A stretch of 63,194 bases of DNA, the filler included, from Rhabdomonas costata (Eukaryota), in NCBI GenBank assembly GCA_019059605.1. It is 55 parts of 55 records of this genome, joined end to end, with 100 filler letters (N's around TTAATTAATTAA, not from the genome) between each part and the next. Parts side by side here need not be neighbours in the genome. Positions count along the whole stretch, not along the records: positions 23,024 to 24,074 come from JAHMHO010031314.1; positions 24,175 to 25,225 come from JAHMHO010031315.1; positions 25,326 to 26,375 come from JAHMHO010031316.1; positions 26,476 to 27,526 come from JAHMHO010031317.1; positions 27,627 to 28,678 come from JAHMHO010031318.1; positions 28,779 to 29,829 come from JAHMHO010031319.1; positions 29,930 to 30,980 come from JAHMHO010031320.1; positions 31,081 to 32,131 come from JAHMHO010031321.1; 47 more parts are not named here. One strand, written 5' to 3'. The notes below the pieces were generated by a model, which was given only the letters and a program-made list of their open reading frames with translations, did not search any database and was not told the DNA's origin. Positions 23,024 through 35,453 of the stretch are shown piece after piece. The translations under genes and the position numbers were made by a program. Positions within the stretch are counted from its first letter, which is position 1, and every line of letters begins with the position of its first letter.

Positions 23024-24074
23024 CAAATCCTTTCCCGAACAATACCAGCAAACATCTTTTGTTCACGATGTGGGGGTTCGGCAACGAAAAATACAAAGCA
23101 CACAAGCATAGCGGGAAAGCAAATGGGAACAACAAATTATGGAGGAGCGAAAGAAATTCGATGACGGACGACCAACGGCAGACATTCCCGAAGTGGGTCC
23201 CACAGAAAATCGCAATTTTGAAGAAAAAAAGGAACACAAAAGCCCTGTCCTCTCGGTGCTTTACAACTATGCGTTTTGTTTCGTTTGCAGATGTGCTCTT
23301 TGTGCTTATTAGAATTGTGCCTCCTATCCTTTCCTCCTTCGCCGTTTCTAAAAGTATGACGACTTGCAAGGTTGAATTGCAGTGAACGAGCAAATTTCAT
23401 TCGATCTTGACAAATTTGAATTATTGCGTAGTGATGCGAAATTGTCATAAAAACGTTGATTTAGGTCCAAATTGGGCGTTGGCCTGGTTACAATTTATAC
23501 AGCGTAGGGCGAACGTAAGACCGAGAAAATGGGCGGTCGGATGGGCCTGGGCTGGGCACTTCCCACTGTACTGTGAGTCCTTTTTTGCTCCGCTTTCTTT
23601 TGAAAGGATTTTCTTACCTTACTTAAACCTTCACAAACAGCAACAGAAACCAGCAAAAAAACAGCAAAAAGAAGAAGATCACCTTCACCATCATGAACGG
23701 CATCAGGAAGAAACGCAACCAAAACGCAAAGAAGAGAGGAAAAACTACAACAAAAACGAAAAAAAAGAAGAAGAGGTTGAACGGAGCAGACATGTGATGG
23801 CAAGGGCAGAACAAATTAAAGCAAACCTCGCCCTTCTCCAGCTTGAGCAGCTTGGCTCGGACTGTGAAGGTTGTGGTTTCCCCCTCTTCTCCCGTTTCAA
23901 CAGTCACAGGGGCAAACAGCGGAACAGCATTGGCCTGCAAAAGACATCAAATCCTTTCCCGAACAATACCAGCAAACATCTTTTGTTCACGATGTGGGGG
24001 TTCGGCAACGAAAAATACAAAGCACACAAGCATAGCGGGAAAGCAAATGGGAACAACAAATTATGGAGGAGCGA
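23024..24074. repeat. Contig with an exact 127-bp terminal direct repeat: collapsed 924-bp tandem unit or circle
   Basis: 23024-23150 is identical to 23948-24074. Confidence 0.9.
23827..23934 (-). CDS. Exon encoding the N-terminal part of a Ran-binding (RanBP1-type) domain
   Basis: ANAVPLFAPVTVETGEEGETTTFTVRAKLLKLEKGE (TGEE.E...f..RAKL motif); bounded by CAG and GT; phase 0-0. Confidence 0.85.
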
Positions 24075-27000
24075 NNNNNNNNNNNNNNNNNNNNNNNNNN
24101 NNNNNNNNNNNNNNNNNNTTAATTAATTAANNNNNNNNNNNNNNNNNNNNNNNNNNNNNNNNNNNNNNNNNNNNGTTGTTGGGGCCAAATCGAGTGCGGA
24201 CTCTGGCCGGGCAATGTTGTTGGAATTTTGACCATTTTTTTTGTCCTAGGCAAGAGCGCGTATACGTTCATCCGCACCTGTGCATTGATGGCGAAGCTCT
24301 TTGGGGTCGTTCATAATTTGTAGCGTTTCGTCGGTCGCAGCCCCCCTCGAAGAGGTTGCTGCTCTGCCGCGCAGGTGATGGTAGTCCACTCGTTCGACAT
24401 GTTTGTCCGTATAGATACGGACCGGTTCCCTGACTTTGCGGAAGGAATGAGGCGAAGGGTGGCAATGGAGAAGCTCAGCCTCGGGGACGTTGCAGAGGTC
24501 ATCGTCCTATCTCGGTGTGTGCACGAAAACATCCGCTCTGTTTGCGGCATGTCTTGAATCATTGTAGCTTCAGCTGATACTCTCAATAGGGAGCTCACCT
24601 TTCGCATACAATGGCACATTGTATGCACTGTGCACCGAGCGCAAGTTGGACGCGGAATAAATCTCCTCCGGGGGCTGTGCAGAGCGATTACCCAGGCACC
24701 AGGTGGAATCCATGCTTCATGAAACCTTACCCAAAATTCGGACCGTTCGAATCAAAGTTTTTCGCCCGCTGAATGATTGATTTCCTCACTGATGTTACAT
24801 ACATGTTGTTCAAATATAGGAACAAACAAACTTTATGCATAAATCTTATAACGAGGGCCCCTTCCCGCTACACTCCCGTCAGCCTCCCAACAATGTTGCT
24901 CTGCGCTTTTTCGCCAAGTCGGAATTAGGTGCAGTTTCTTTCTGCTTTTTAAGGAAAAAAGTCACAGACACCAGCCAACTTCAAGAGAGCATCAGGACGG
25001 CTCACCCGGAAAGCCTTTGTCCCTGCCAGTCTAAGAAATAATTTCCGACTGAGTGGCGAGGATGATGTCAAGATTCACTTGACCCCCCGGTCGGGTTCCG
25101 CTGTCACAGCTCCTGCGGTAGCACCAACGCCTCCCAGGGCGCCGCCGCTGCGGTGGAACGTGGGGGGCGAAGCATCATGCGATTCGTGGAGTGTCTTCCC
25201 TCGGAGCACAGATACCCCACCCCCCNNNNNNNNNNNNNNNNNNNNNNNNNNNNNNNNNNNNNNNNNNNNTTAATTAATTAANNNNNNNNNNNNNNNNNNN
25301 NNNNNNNNNNNNNNNNNNNNNNNNNGTGTTTGTGTTGCGAAAAAAACCACAAGGCTAGCCTAGTTCTTAGACGGAATTCGCGAAAAAAATGTGTTGAATG
25401 GCCCCGGGTCAGCACCCAAAAGAAGAAAACAAAGCGAAGACATACAGCATGTACAAAAGCTTCTTGGCTGTGGTTTTCTTTGCATTTTGATTGCGCGTTC
25501 GACCTCTGTTCAGGAGAGAGTAATTCAACCATTGCAGTAAGGGACAGGGGCAGCGAATGCTTCTTTTCCTTCTGGCCCTGGGAGTTCGCTCTGAAGGTCC
25601 CATGACCCTTCGCGATTCAGATACCACTGGAAAAGTCTCAAATACCACCGGAAACGTCAGAAATGTCAGATGCGGGCTTGGCAGGGTTCGCAGTGCGCTC
25701 ATCCTTCTCAGGAGCATCAAAGAGACGCAGTACAAAGTCGGCAACGGCAAGTACCGAAAGCCTTTTCAGGACCCAAGCGGTGTTCTGGAATTTAAAGCGA
25801 AGGTATTGCCAGCTGGGCACCGCAGTCCAAAAGGAATGGAGGGCCATCTTTCAAAGCGAAGAAATATCCAAACAAAAACCCTAAAGCAGCGGGAAAACGC
25901 ATGGTAATTGGGATTGTGTACGCTGTTTCGCTGCGTTATCAAGGTGTGCAACGGAAAGAGATCCCCCCCCCACCTTTCTGCAGTATGTCATTGGTTTCGA
26001 GTTTCCACACACGCAAGCGCGCGCTGAGACAACAAAACAACAAACCTGCACATGACGGCAACAGTGAAGAACGTCAGGCGCAGTCGATTTCTGTCCCCGG
26101 TCCACACCAAAAACACCGTTTATCGTTTAAGGACCCCACAATATGGAGTCGAAATTGCACGATTCTCCCAGCTGCGCAACGTATGGTGTCTGGACTGCTG
26201 GACTGTCCATTCATAAGGAAAGCGAGAGCTGGATGCTGGGAGACTGGAAGGGAAACCTCCTCAATAATTCACCCCATTCCTCGTTCAGAACTGCGATGCT
26301 TCCGCGCGTTCGAAAAAGAGACTACACAAGACCAATCAGATTCCAAGCTCCCTCAGAGACACCACACCCAACACANNNNNNNNNNNNNNNNNNNNNNNNN
26401 NNNNNNNNNNNNNNNNNNNTTAATTAATTAANNNNNNNNNNNNNNNNNNNNNNNNNNNNNNNNNNNNNNNNNNNNGTTGGGGGTGGGGAGCGAACGCAGG
26501 TATGTGTTTGGTTGCGTGCAGAATCGAAGGGTGCTTGAGCAATAATTCTGCACGCAACCAAACACATACCTGCGTTCGCTCCCCACGTCTAATCCCAGAG
26601 GATAAAACTCAGCAAGAAAACCCCATCCCAAACCTCTTTGGGGGCTTCCCACAGGAGCTCCGGAGCAAGGAGGCTGGGCTTCAATTGTCATCACAGGATT
26701 CTCGTTCAATGCGGGAGAAATTGTGTGCTGTTGCTCTAAACCTGGAAGCAGGCCAGCAATAACCTGCAAGAGAGAAGTGGAAGGAAAGGAAATAGGGAAA
26801 TAGGGATGCGAATACCGAATACCGAATACCGTTTAGTGAGTTATTACCAAAACAATTCACATCGATAACCACTGACGCTGAAAAGGCCAACCCAGGAAAA
26901 TTTCCTGCAAAAATAATCATTGACGTGATCAACCTAGAGAAAGACAATAATACACAGAAACACAATAACGTGCTTTCGATGCATGTCTCCATTGTCTCGA

Positions 27001-28984
27001 TTGTGTCTCTGCAGTGTCCTGTTGAAGTCTCGCTTGCGCACTCTCTCCTTTCCCTTGTGCCTGTGTCACTGCTGCATGACCACTTCTACAGTGCCGGCGA
27101 GATAATGAGATAAGGTCAGACGTGTCCACTATATTTATTGCATTGATGAAAACGCTAAAAAGAATGGGGGGAGTCCCCTCAGGTTACGTTCACCTGCGGC
27201 TGGCCACAGACCGAATCTGGTCCAAATCTGCGGGGCTCGTTGTGTGAAGGTTCTGCCCAGGCAACGCCGCGAAACTGGCCCAGTCGATGAGCGCCACCAT
27301 TTGATCGAGAAGGGCAGCACCCCATTCAACCATTCAACACTTTTGTATCACACCACCGTAGACCTGACGATCCAGCATCGGCGTATAAATCTTCATGCGC
27401 GAGGCTCCAGAACCACAAAACTTAAAACTAGTTTCAAAAAACCAACGCTAAAGAAACAACAAGTTCATAATACGAACATTCTCAAAGAAGACCCAGCTGG
27501 ATAACAGCTTCAGCTTCCAAACAACANNNNNNNNNNNNNNNNNNNNNNNNNNNNNNNNNNNNNNNNNNNNTTAATTAATTAANNNNNNNNNNNNNNNNNN
27601 NNNNNNNNNNNNNNNNNNNNNNNNNNTGTTGTGGGGTACTTCGTGTGCCCACCAGACTACACCCATCAAGGCCTTTTCATCGTGTGCGCGACCCAGTTCT
27701 GTCAGCAAAGTGACTGCTGCGTCCCAGGTTGGCATCTGTGGTCATGAGGAAGAGGGTGTGAGCTGTTGCGTGAGTGACTGCTGTGTTCGAAGAAGCGGCT
27801 GCAATCGAAGCAGCCGGGCTTGGTGGAGGAGGGGAAGGGGCATTTATTCTGAAAGCGAGGAGCGACCTCATTTCCAAAACAGCCAGCAAACGACCATGTC
27901 CATGCCTTTTGCACCGAAACCGCGAGGGCTCTGCCAGTGCTGATTTAGTATAGGGATGGTTCGGGCCCTGGGCCGAATCTATGCAAACAATGGAAAAGGG
28001 AATGTCACATGCATAAAAATTTTTGCGGAGAAACGTCTCATGGCAGGGGTTGTAGCGGGCTGGGTTTTCGTGGAGTTTTATGGATTATGGATTATTTTAT
28101 GGATTTTGCACGGGTGCTCGGGTTCTCTTGCTGATACGTTCAATGAATTTCTCTTTCAGATGTGGTGAATATTGTTATGCCCACTTGTGGGGATTTTCCG
28201 GAAATCGACTGTTCGCCTGGGACCCCCAAGGACGTCACATTTGTGTGCTCCTCGTTGATCTGCACCGCAGCGGAGTGTTGCAATCCAGGTGGCTGCATGT
28301 CCACATGGTTCACGGCCATGTTAGATCTTGAAGGCATTTTCCTTTCTAGTATTTTTACGGGGTCCGTCCGGCTGCGCCCACCCTGGCATTTTCAGCCCGC
28401 CTGCACCGTTGGACAGGAACCACCTCGGAAATGTGGCCTGCGGTAATGTGGCTCAAAATGTCCTACCCGCTTGGTCACGTGTGTCGATGGAGCGGGGAAC
28501 TAGACCGAGGCGGGCCAGTGATGAGGAGCTCATAACTTGAGCAGAGCCCATATTTGGCAGGATGACGATACTTCTGAGCTGAGTTGGTTGACCGTTGGGG
28601 GCCACGAACTCGTTCTTGTGGATCTTCAACATATTCCATTCCCTAATTTTCGAAAAAGCCTGCCCCACACACCAAACCNNNNNNNNNNNNNNNNNNNNNN
28701 NNNNNNNNNNNNNNNNNNNNNNTTAATTAATTAANNNNNNNNNNNNNNNNNNNNNNNNNNNNNNNNNNNNNNNNNNNNTTGTTTTTGTCACGTATCACTG
28801 CCGCCCAACCACACTTAGAGGCTATGACCGACGCCTATTGCATCCCGTGGTGCTGTGCAGTTCGCTTGTCTTGCCTTTCGGGTGGGTGAAAGGTGCCCGA
28901 GGTGCTCGCTTGGAAATAATTACGGGTAGTTACAACCCGAAACTCAGGGGAAAGTATGTGACCCATTTAATCAATGTCCATGTT

Positions 28985-29400
28985 AGGTCTCCGGTCCGGT
29001 CCGGTCTGGGAGTGACCATGGCGGATGTCAACCAGCGAATAGGGCGAAGTTTTGGGTCGAGTAAGTGGTCCTACCCCGACCATTTCCGATGAGTCCCCCG
29101 ACGATTGGTGAGGTTCCCGAGGCCGGCTGAAGAGGCAAGATAGGCCCACCGAGTAGAACCCCCAGAACAGCGATAAGAGAAAGAAGGTTTTGAACCATGC
29201 CCACGGTGAGGAGAAGGTTCCTGTCGCCATCGAAGTGTTTCACACATAAGTTTCGGCACGTCCGACCAACCGCAAAATGGAAAACAGCCAGAACGGGCAC
29301 ACCGGACTCCCGGGAGCGACTGGACTCAGCTCGGCTGACCCTCCTGTGTGCAGGAGAGACCGGCGTAAGACATCCAGAGGGGATGCGAGGGGCTTCGTCT
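28985..29400. repeat. Diverged member of the repeat family seen at 36847-37854 (opposite orientation)
   Basis: CCAGCGAATAGGG (29032-29044) is the reverse complement of 37093-37105. Flanking CTCCGG repeats, GGTCCTA, CCGAGGCC.GC.GA.GAGG and ACACCGGA..CTCCC.GG blocks are collinear. Confidence 0.7.
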
Positions 29401-29659
29401 CGCGCGGAAGCGACGCAGCTCGTCAGTTCCACGGCAGGGCTGCTACAGATCGAAGTCTGCCCCCCGCCCCACCCACACACGACTCAAGCGGGAAAACCAA
29501 ATAAGCAATCAAACCGTAAGCTGACGGCTGAGTCTTACAATTCAGACAGAAGGGAATATCCAAAATCATCTAGTGTCCCACTATGAAAGACAATGCTCAG
29601 CGAGGTTCATAAAAAGTCTTGCACCAGGCCTGTCAAGAGCAAAATGAAAACGCTGATGC

Positions 29660-29829
29660 CTCCGAGGGCGACGCCGTGAGCTCCCCATCGGGTTCACTCG
29701 CAGTGCAGGCCAGCCTCTGCAGCACCGCGTCAGGGACGTACTTCTTCACCTCCGAGAGAATCGTGATGATCTGGATGAAGGCCTGCTGGATCCGGTTGGG
29801 GTTGGGCTGGGTCTTCAGGTAACCCACCC
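29660..29829 (-). CDS. Exon resembling the HAMP/helical linker preceding class III adenylate/guanylate cyclase domains
   Basis: IQQAFIQIITILSEVKKYVPDAVL resembles the iq.aF..m...L.e.k.ylP..vl linker of protist receptor cyclases. Probable GC donor at 29658-29659. Confidence 0.45.
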
Positions 29830-30469
29830 NNNNNNNNNNNNNNNNNNNNNNNNNNNNNNNNNNNNNNNNNNNNTTAATTAATTAANNNNNNNNNNNNNNN
29901 NNNNNNNNNNNNNNNNNNNNNNNNNNNNNAACCAGCTACCAAGGAGAATATGTGAAGTGGGGGTGGGGAACTCTGGCTTGGTGGTTGCTTCTCCAGAGTT
30001 GTCCCGCCACGCCCTTGGCAGCAAACCATAGCTGAAATGGAAATTCTTTTATAGGAAAGTCACGACCGCACTTCCAGAGACGGAGTGGAAGAAGAGACCT
30101 AAAGTCGAGAGGAGACTTTCAGAAACGAACTGTGTCATTCAGTGTAATGTCTCCCTGTCCTAGCGGTTTTTTTGTTGAAGCCCAGAAGGTCCTAACTGCA
30201 AATTTGGTCCACAAAATGCGCGTTCAATAAATTCTGTAGACAATGGTCCAATGGAACTGCCTTTAAAGATCTTATACCTACATTTATGGTCAAATCTCAC
30301 GTCATTTTGCTGATAATCAAGGTCTGTTTTGCGGACAATGCATTGACAAAAGGCTTTGATGACATTATTTTGTAGGTGCCTACGGTACCACCACACAACG
30401 CAGTTCACTAACTCATCTTTCTCTTGATTACTTATAAAAGTAGTGGTGAGGAACGGAAGCGCGTAGCGT

Positions 30470-30920
30470 TGGTGTTACTAACAAGTTCATGTAGGTAGTG
30501 ACGAACGCAGTGTTTCACGACAAGCAAATAAAGATGGGTCCCATGCAATTCGCTGCGCTAATACCATGGGGTATCAAGACATCATTCTTTCTCTTCTTTC
30601 TTCTTCTATACGTGTCACTTTGCATGCTTTGTCCTGGATTAGCCACAGAGAATAACACCAACATCCTTAACGCTTACACTCACACTCTTACACTAGAGTC
30701 ACGAAGCATGGGTCACGACGAAGTAGTGGATTCATGAGTAGTAAAGTTAAAGTAATAGAGATATAGGTAAAAGGCACCTTCATCTTCTACTCATCTACAT
30801 GCTGAGTTCTTGCTACAGTCATGCTGATACTCCTATACTTACGCTCCAAATCACCACCATGCATCAAACATCATCCAGCAACCCTACGCAATAACCAAAT
30901 ACACTCACACAACTACTACA
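30470..30920 (+). pseudogene. Possible decayed rve integrase, Polinton/Maverick-like
   Basis: Collinear degenerate blocks across frameshifts: VVTNAVFHDKQIKMGPMQ, NTMGYQDII, LCPGLATENNTNILNAY, HDE-SGFMSSKVK, NNQIHS. Confidence 0.3.
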
Positions 30921-31308
30921 GAAGCAGAGACGACAAGAGAACTACAGACACAGCAAGTAACCACCAACATCATGACATCCNNNNNNNNNNNNNNNNNNNN
31001 NNNNNNNNNNNNNNNNNNNNNNNNTTAATTAATTAANNNNNNNNNNNNNNNNNNNNNNNNNNNNNNNNNNNNNNNNNNNNGTTTTGTGTGCCTACACCGC
31101 ACCACGGCTCATCACCATCGTCACCATAGGCTGGGGGGCCAAGGCATGATGCTGCCGTGGTGCGGTGTAGGCATACAAAAAGTCCACTAAACGTGTGCGG
31201 GGGGGGGGGTTCTGGAAGGGCAATTCAGATCACAGGGGCGAGGAGAAAAGCTGATCCTCGTTGACATGTGCCCGCACGGGAGAGTGAGGTAATGTGGCGA
31301 CGAGAAAC

Positions 31309-31805
31309 CTGCGTGCTCGCGGCCAGGGTGATCGCGGGGAGCTTCCGGAGCTCGGAGCTGACATAGTCTTCATCCTCAAAGAGGTTCTCCTGTGCGTGGC
31401 GGCCACATGACCCACGGCGAATACAACGATCACACACAAGTAATTCGCTGGCTGAGCGCAGCGGCAGTCATTGCAAAGCCAAGCAAAGCAAAGCCGCATT
31501 GTTTCGCATGGGAGTGCGGCAAATGCGGTGGTCAGGGGTGAGAATTGGGTGCCTACCTTGACCTCTTCGTCCTTCTTCTCGCCGTCCTTGTCCTTCTCCG
31601 CGCTGTCCGCGGCGGAGTCGGAGTCCCCGGAGCCCTTCTTGCCTCCCTTCTTTTTGGCCTTCTTGGCCTCGGCCTTCTTCCGCTTCTTGTCCTCATCCGC
31701 GAAGTCGTCGTCCTCATCATCTTCGGGGTCCTCCCCGGCGTCCTCCTCCACCATCAGCTCCTCCAAAGGCAGCAGCTCGGCCTGCACTAGCATCGGGGTG
31801 TCCAC
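31309..31805 (-). CDS. Two exons (31805-31557, 31389-31309) of an unknown protein with acidic and Lys-rich tracts
   Basis: VDTPMLVQAELLPLEEL...EDDEDDDFADEDKKRKKAEAKKAKKKGGKK...EVK | ENLFEDEDYVSSELRKLPAITLAASTQ; phase-0 GT-AG intron of 167 nt. Confidence 0.75.
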
Positions 31806-32949
31806 CTGCAAGCGGAGACGGCACGGCGCTATGGGCACAACCACACTCGTATCACGCAAAACGACAGGGAAGTTGAAAAGCAGTGCTCAGGCGCTTACAG
31901 ACGCTGGGCTTTCGGAACAACAACGCATTTCATTACTCATAGAAGCAGAACACAGCGCCACATTCATTGAGCCGAACAGAGCCGACAGAACAGAAGAGGG
32001 TCCCGGCCCAGGCTCGGGATCTGCAATGACTGTTGAGGCAGCGCAGTCGTCTTTGCGGACGAGTCGACTTCTAGTCATACCGTCTCGCACTAATCGCTTC
32101 GTGGTTCCAACAGCTCTGTCCCGACAAAAAANNNNNNNNNNNNNNNNNNNNNNNNNNNNNNNNNNNNNNNNNNNNTTAATTAATTAANNNNNNNNNNNNN
32201 NNNNNNNNNNNNNNNNNNNNNNNNNNNNNNNGTTTGGTGGGAGGGCAGCTGCTCAAGTGCTGCACGGGGAAAGCGGTTAGCTTCTCTCAGGCGAGGGCCC
32301 TGTCTTAGTTCAGGTGAGGTACACTCGGGATGTAGGGTAGGCTTGAAGGCATCCGCAAGCCCGCTGCAGGAGGTCCACCAGCCGAGCCTGGCACCGGGCC
32401 AACGCGGCGGGGCCCCCTACGCCGGCAAGGATGAGTGATGGAACCACCGCGGAAACCACAGCGGCGAAAGTGGGGGCGGCAGTGGTGTTGGGCCAGCGGG
32501 TGGGAACGGCAGAGGTGCAGGTCGAGGGCAGAGGAGTCAGCTCCTCGGGGGTCAGCTGCAGGCACTTCAGCTCTGCGTGCAGGGAAGGGAAGCGAAGAGA
32601 ACGGGGGGTAATGATGACCCATCATGTTTCTATGATAATTTCGAATTGCAGCACTCAATCTGAGACACCTAGCCGGTCGTTTTTTTGTACCTTTCTGATC
32701 CTCAGCAGTTGTGTACGTCTTGTTGTCTGATTAATATTCGCCCTTCTGGGCATGGAACTGTTTGGCCCCCAACAACACTCGCCTTTTGCGGCATGAAAAA
32801 AATCTTTCCCCTTTCCTGTCCATTTCTTTTCCTTCCAGCGGTGCTCTTAGTTTGCTGCGCTTGCGGATCAAGTCTCACCCTCCTGTCCCCATACCCTACC
32901 GCTGCGCAGCGAGTGCCCCAGTGTGACATAGGGGAGTTAGATAGAGCTT

Positions 32950-32999
32950 AACAGAACAGAACAGAACAGAACAGAACACAACACAACAGAACAGAACAG
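32950..32999. repeat. (ACAGA)n microsatellite
   Basis: About 10 units, two of them variant. Confidence 0.9.
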
Positions 33000-33749
33000 C
33001 CCGGTCCGGGTGCAGTACTTCACCCTTGACATGTGGGGCTGCGGACGTTCTGGAGGAAACGGACGTTTTGTCGTGCTGCAGCACAAGGGTAAACAATCGC
33101 CAACACCCTTCATGCAAAAGCAATAACGATGCGCTTATATACTCTACTCTCTATTGCCGAGAACATCGCTCACACTCACTCACACAAGACAAGAGAGAAA
33201 ACGTGACATTGTGACGTTTAGAATCTCAGAGCATGAGAGAAAAACGAGCCCGAAATCGCGAGCCACAAGTATTCTTACACCANNNNNNNNNNNNNNNNNN
33301 NNNNNNNNNNNNNNNNNNNNNNNNNNTTAATTAATTAANNNNNNNNNNNNNNNNNNNNNNNNNNNNNNNNNNNNNNNNNNNNCAAATTTAATTGCGTTTT
33401 TTTTTTACACAATGTGCAGATTGCGGAAACATGCCATCCTATTTTGGCCTCAGCTCTCTCTCTCTCTCTCTCTCGCACTTTTTTAATCAGATGAAAAGTG
33501 TTTCTAATCGAAGATCAATTATCTCAATTCTTCCAGTTTTCCTCTGGGTTTCACATGTGGCACTAGGGGATTTGTTTTTTTGCTTGGCTTTTGCTGAACG
33601 CAACGCGCTTTGTCGTGTTCGTCGGTTTTCTTTTCGAGAGAGCTCTAACCGTTCGTGTTCCTCATTACCGACCCGTTGAAGCCTCATGCTACTAGGTTCT
33701 CCCGGATGGCAGTGCTTGTTGCAAGGTAACCGGTCCTCGTTAGAGAAGC

Positions 33750-34410
33750 GGGACGTTGGTACCATATGAAAAATTCGGCAGCGTCCCCGCTCCAAATGTC
33801 CAGCAGCTTATTCAAAAAGCGCTTTACGAAGAAAGCGCTGTTCTTGCGCTATCAAGGCATCCCGTACTGGCAGCCCCTGAGAGTGAGATGGATATCACTG
33901 CTTACCTTATCCCGCTGCCCACAGTAGCCCGAGTCTGCCGCATTGGACGACCTCATTCTGGATCCACAAGATTGTCTCTGCCACCGCGACCGGGTGGGTG
34001 AGTTCTTGTACTTTGACGGGCACGTCGTATCCACAGATCCTGAAGCCCTTCAAGAGCCCTCTTTGCAGCGCCTGTGGCTCAGGAAGGAAGCAGCGGGTGG
34101 TGGCTCACCCCCAAGGCCTGCTGGAGGCTGTGAACACCGGGTTATTCGAGTGCATCGAGCGTGCAGCCGAGAGATGCAAGCGGTCTGCAGCTGACGTGGA
34201 GGCATGGAAGCGCCACTTGCTCAAACTGGTGGAAGACCACCTCAAGTGATTCAAAGACGAAGAGTGGATCGCCCGGGGCTGCCTATCCAAAAAGGCAAGG
34301 AGGCCTTGAAAAGCCTCCATGAAACCATGGTGGTCGCCCCCATGGACAAGTCGCGTGACAGCACGACTTGACGCGTGCCGCTCTGTCTACCGAGCCTGGC
34401 TGCGGAAGGA
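33750..34410 (+). mobile_element. Decayed Penelope-like (Naiad/Chlamys-type) retroelement, region N-terminal to the RT core
   Basis: CLC...GHVVSTDPEALQEPSLQRLW / GRKQR...EAWKRHLLKLV / LKSLHETMVVAPMDKS matches C.C..GHV.tgD....Lr.l..kGpkyR ... Lh..yVv.PaDKa. Frameshifts and stops present. Confidence 0.6.
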
Positions 34411-34559
34411 GACGACATCCTCCCAAAACACAANNNNNNNNNNNNNNNNNNNNNNNNNNNNNNNNNNNNNNNNNNNNTTAATTAATTAANNNNNNNNNNN
34501 NNNNNNNNNNNNNNNNNNNNNNNNNNNNNNNNNGGGTTGGGTGCTGGTCGGTTCCCATC

Positions 34560-35453
34560 ACCTTTTCCCTCTGTTTTCGGTGTGTACTCCGTCCGACTCA
34601 CACCTGGTGAGTTGGCTGAAACGGAAATTGACGGCAAGTTTGAACCGACTTCGTCGACACAGTTTTGGTGGCAGGAATACCATATGCGTTCCCCTTTTAC
34701 ATTCCGCCCCGACTGAATGCAGTACCACCCAGGACTTTGCCCGCATCCTCGATGTGGTGCGGGCGTCCTCCCAGTCGTCGGACTTGTCCTTATTAAGAAC
34801 GAGGCTCTTCATCACCGCGTGAAACCCAAGGAGTTCGTCTTCTGTGGGCGAATTCTGGGAGCGAATTTGTCGAATGAGGGGAGGTAAGCGCAGGTTCACT
34901 TTGGGAAGTGGTAACTTTTCCTTTGGCGGGTGGAGGAGTGAGCCCAGGGCACCAGGCAATGCATTGAAGCACGGAGTTGGTTGCGCATATTACGCCCTTT
35001 GGTTTGGGCAGAGGAGGCGGCTTGGGTGCGTCGGTGCTTGGGGGTCTGTTGGAAGGGGGGCTGACGATGTCCAGGTTGTACAGCTCGGACATGGAGCGTT
35101 CTAGCTGGATGGGGGGCTCTGGATCTGGAGCAGCAATGGGCCAGTCGGTAGCCCCTGCCAATCGGAAACAGACCACGTAGATTGCAGGCTGGCCCAAGGC
35201 GGAGACCCCTTCAAGTTCATGAAAACGACCCCAGGCGATCACATCGAAGTGATTTCCTTTTTTGAACTTTGATTGCTCGCGGAGCTTTTCATTGATTTCG
35301 GTTTTGTCCGGCAACTTTGTGCCCGGAATGAGCCAGGGGGTGTACGCAAAGCGAAGTGCTTGACGGCCTCGGAAAACGAACTCGTGGATCTCGCCACCCT
35401 CAGTTCTCATGTGGACGGTAAACTCAGCGAACCCTTGGGGTTGTTTTCGGTCT
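34560..35453 (-). pseudogene. Long exon with a possible OB-fold, Pro-rich linker and USP/C19-peptidase-like Cys box; frameshifted
   Basis: KGVICATNSVLQCIAWCP resembles the tCy.NsvLQcl...P Cys box. The next frame gives WEDA (QqDA-like) and FRFSQLTRCESDG. CAG acceptor at 35454-35455. Confidence 0.4.

Noticed and set aside
23407-24126. Long ORF-track entries such as 23407-24126 (+), 31471-32187 (+), 39134-39931 (+) and 58780-59529 (-)
   Set aside because: Antisense shadows of real exons or low-complexity intronic frames with no protein motifs.
26476-26591. Long terminal hairpins (also 16119, 31081, 36585-36735, 37855, 40291, 60998) as hairpin telomeres or MITEs
   Set aside because: All reach a contig terminus, have near-perfect arms with short imperfect priming stems, and mostly show primer-overwritten ends.
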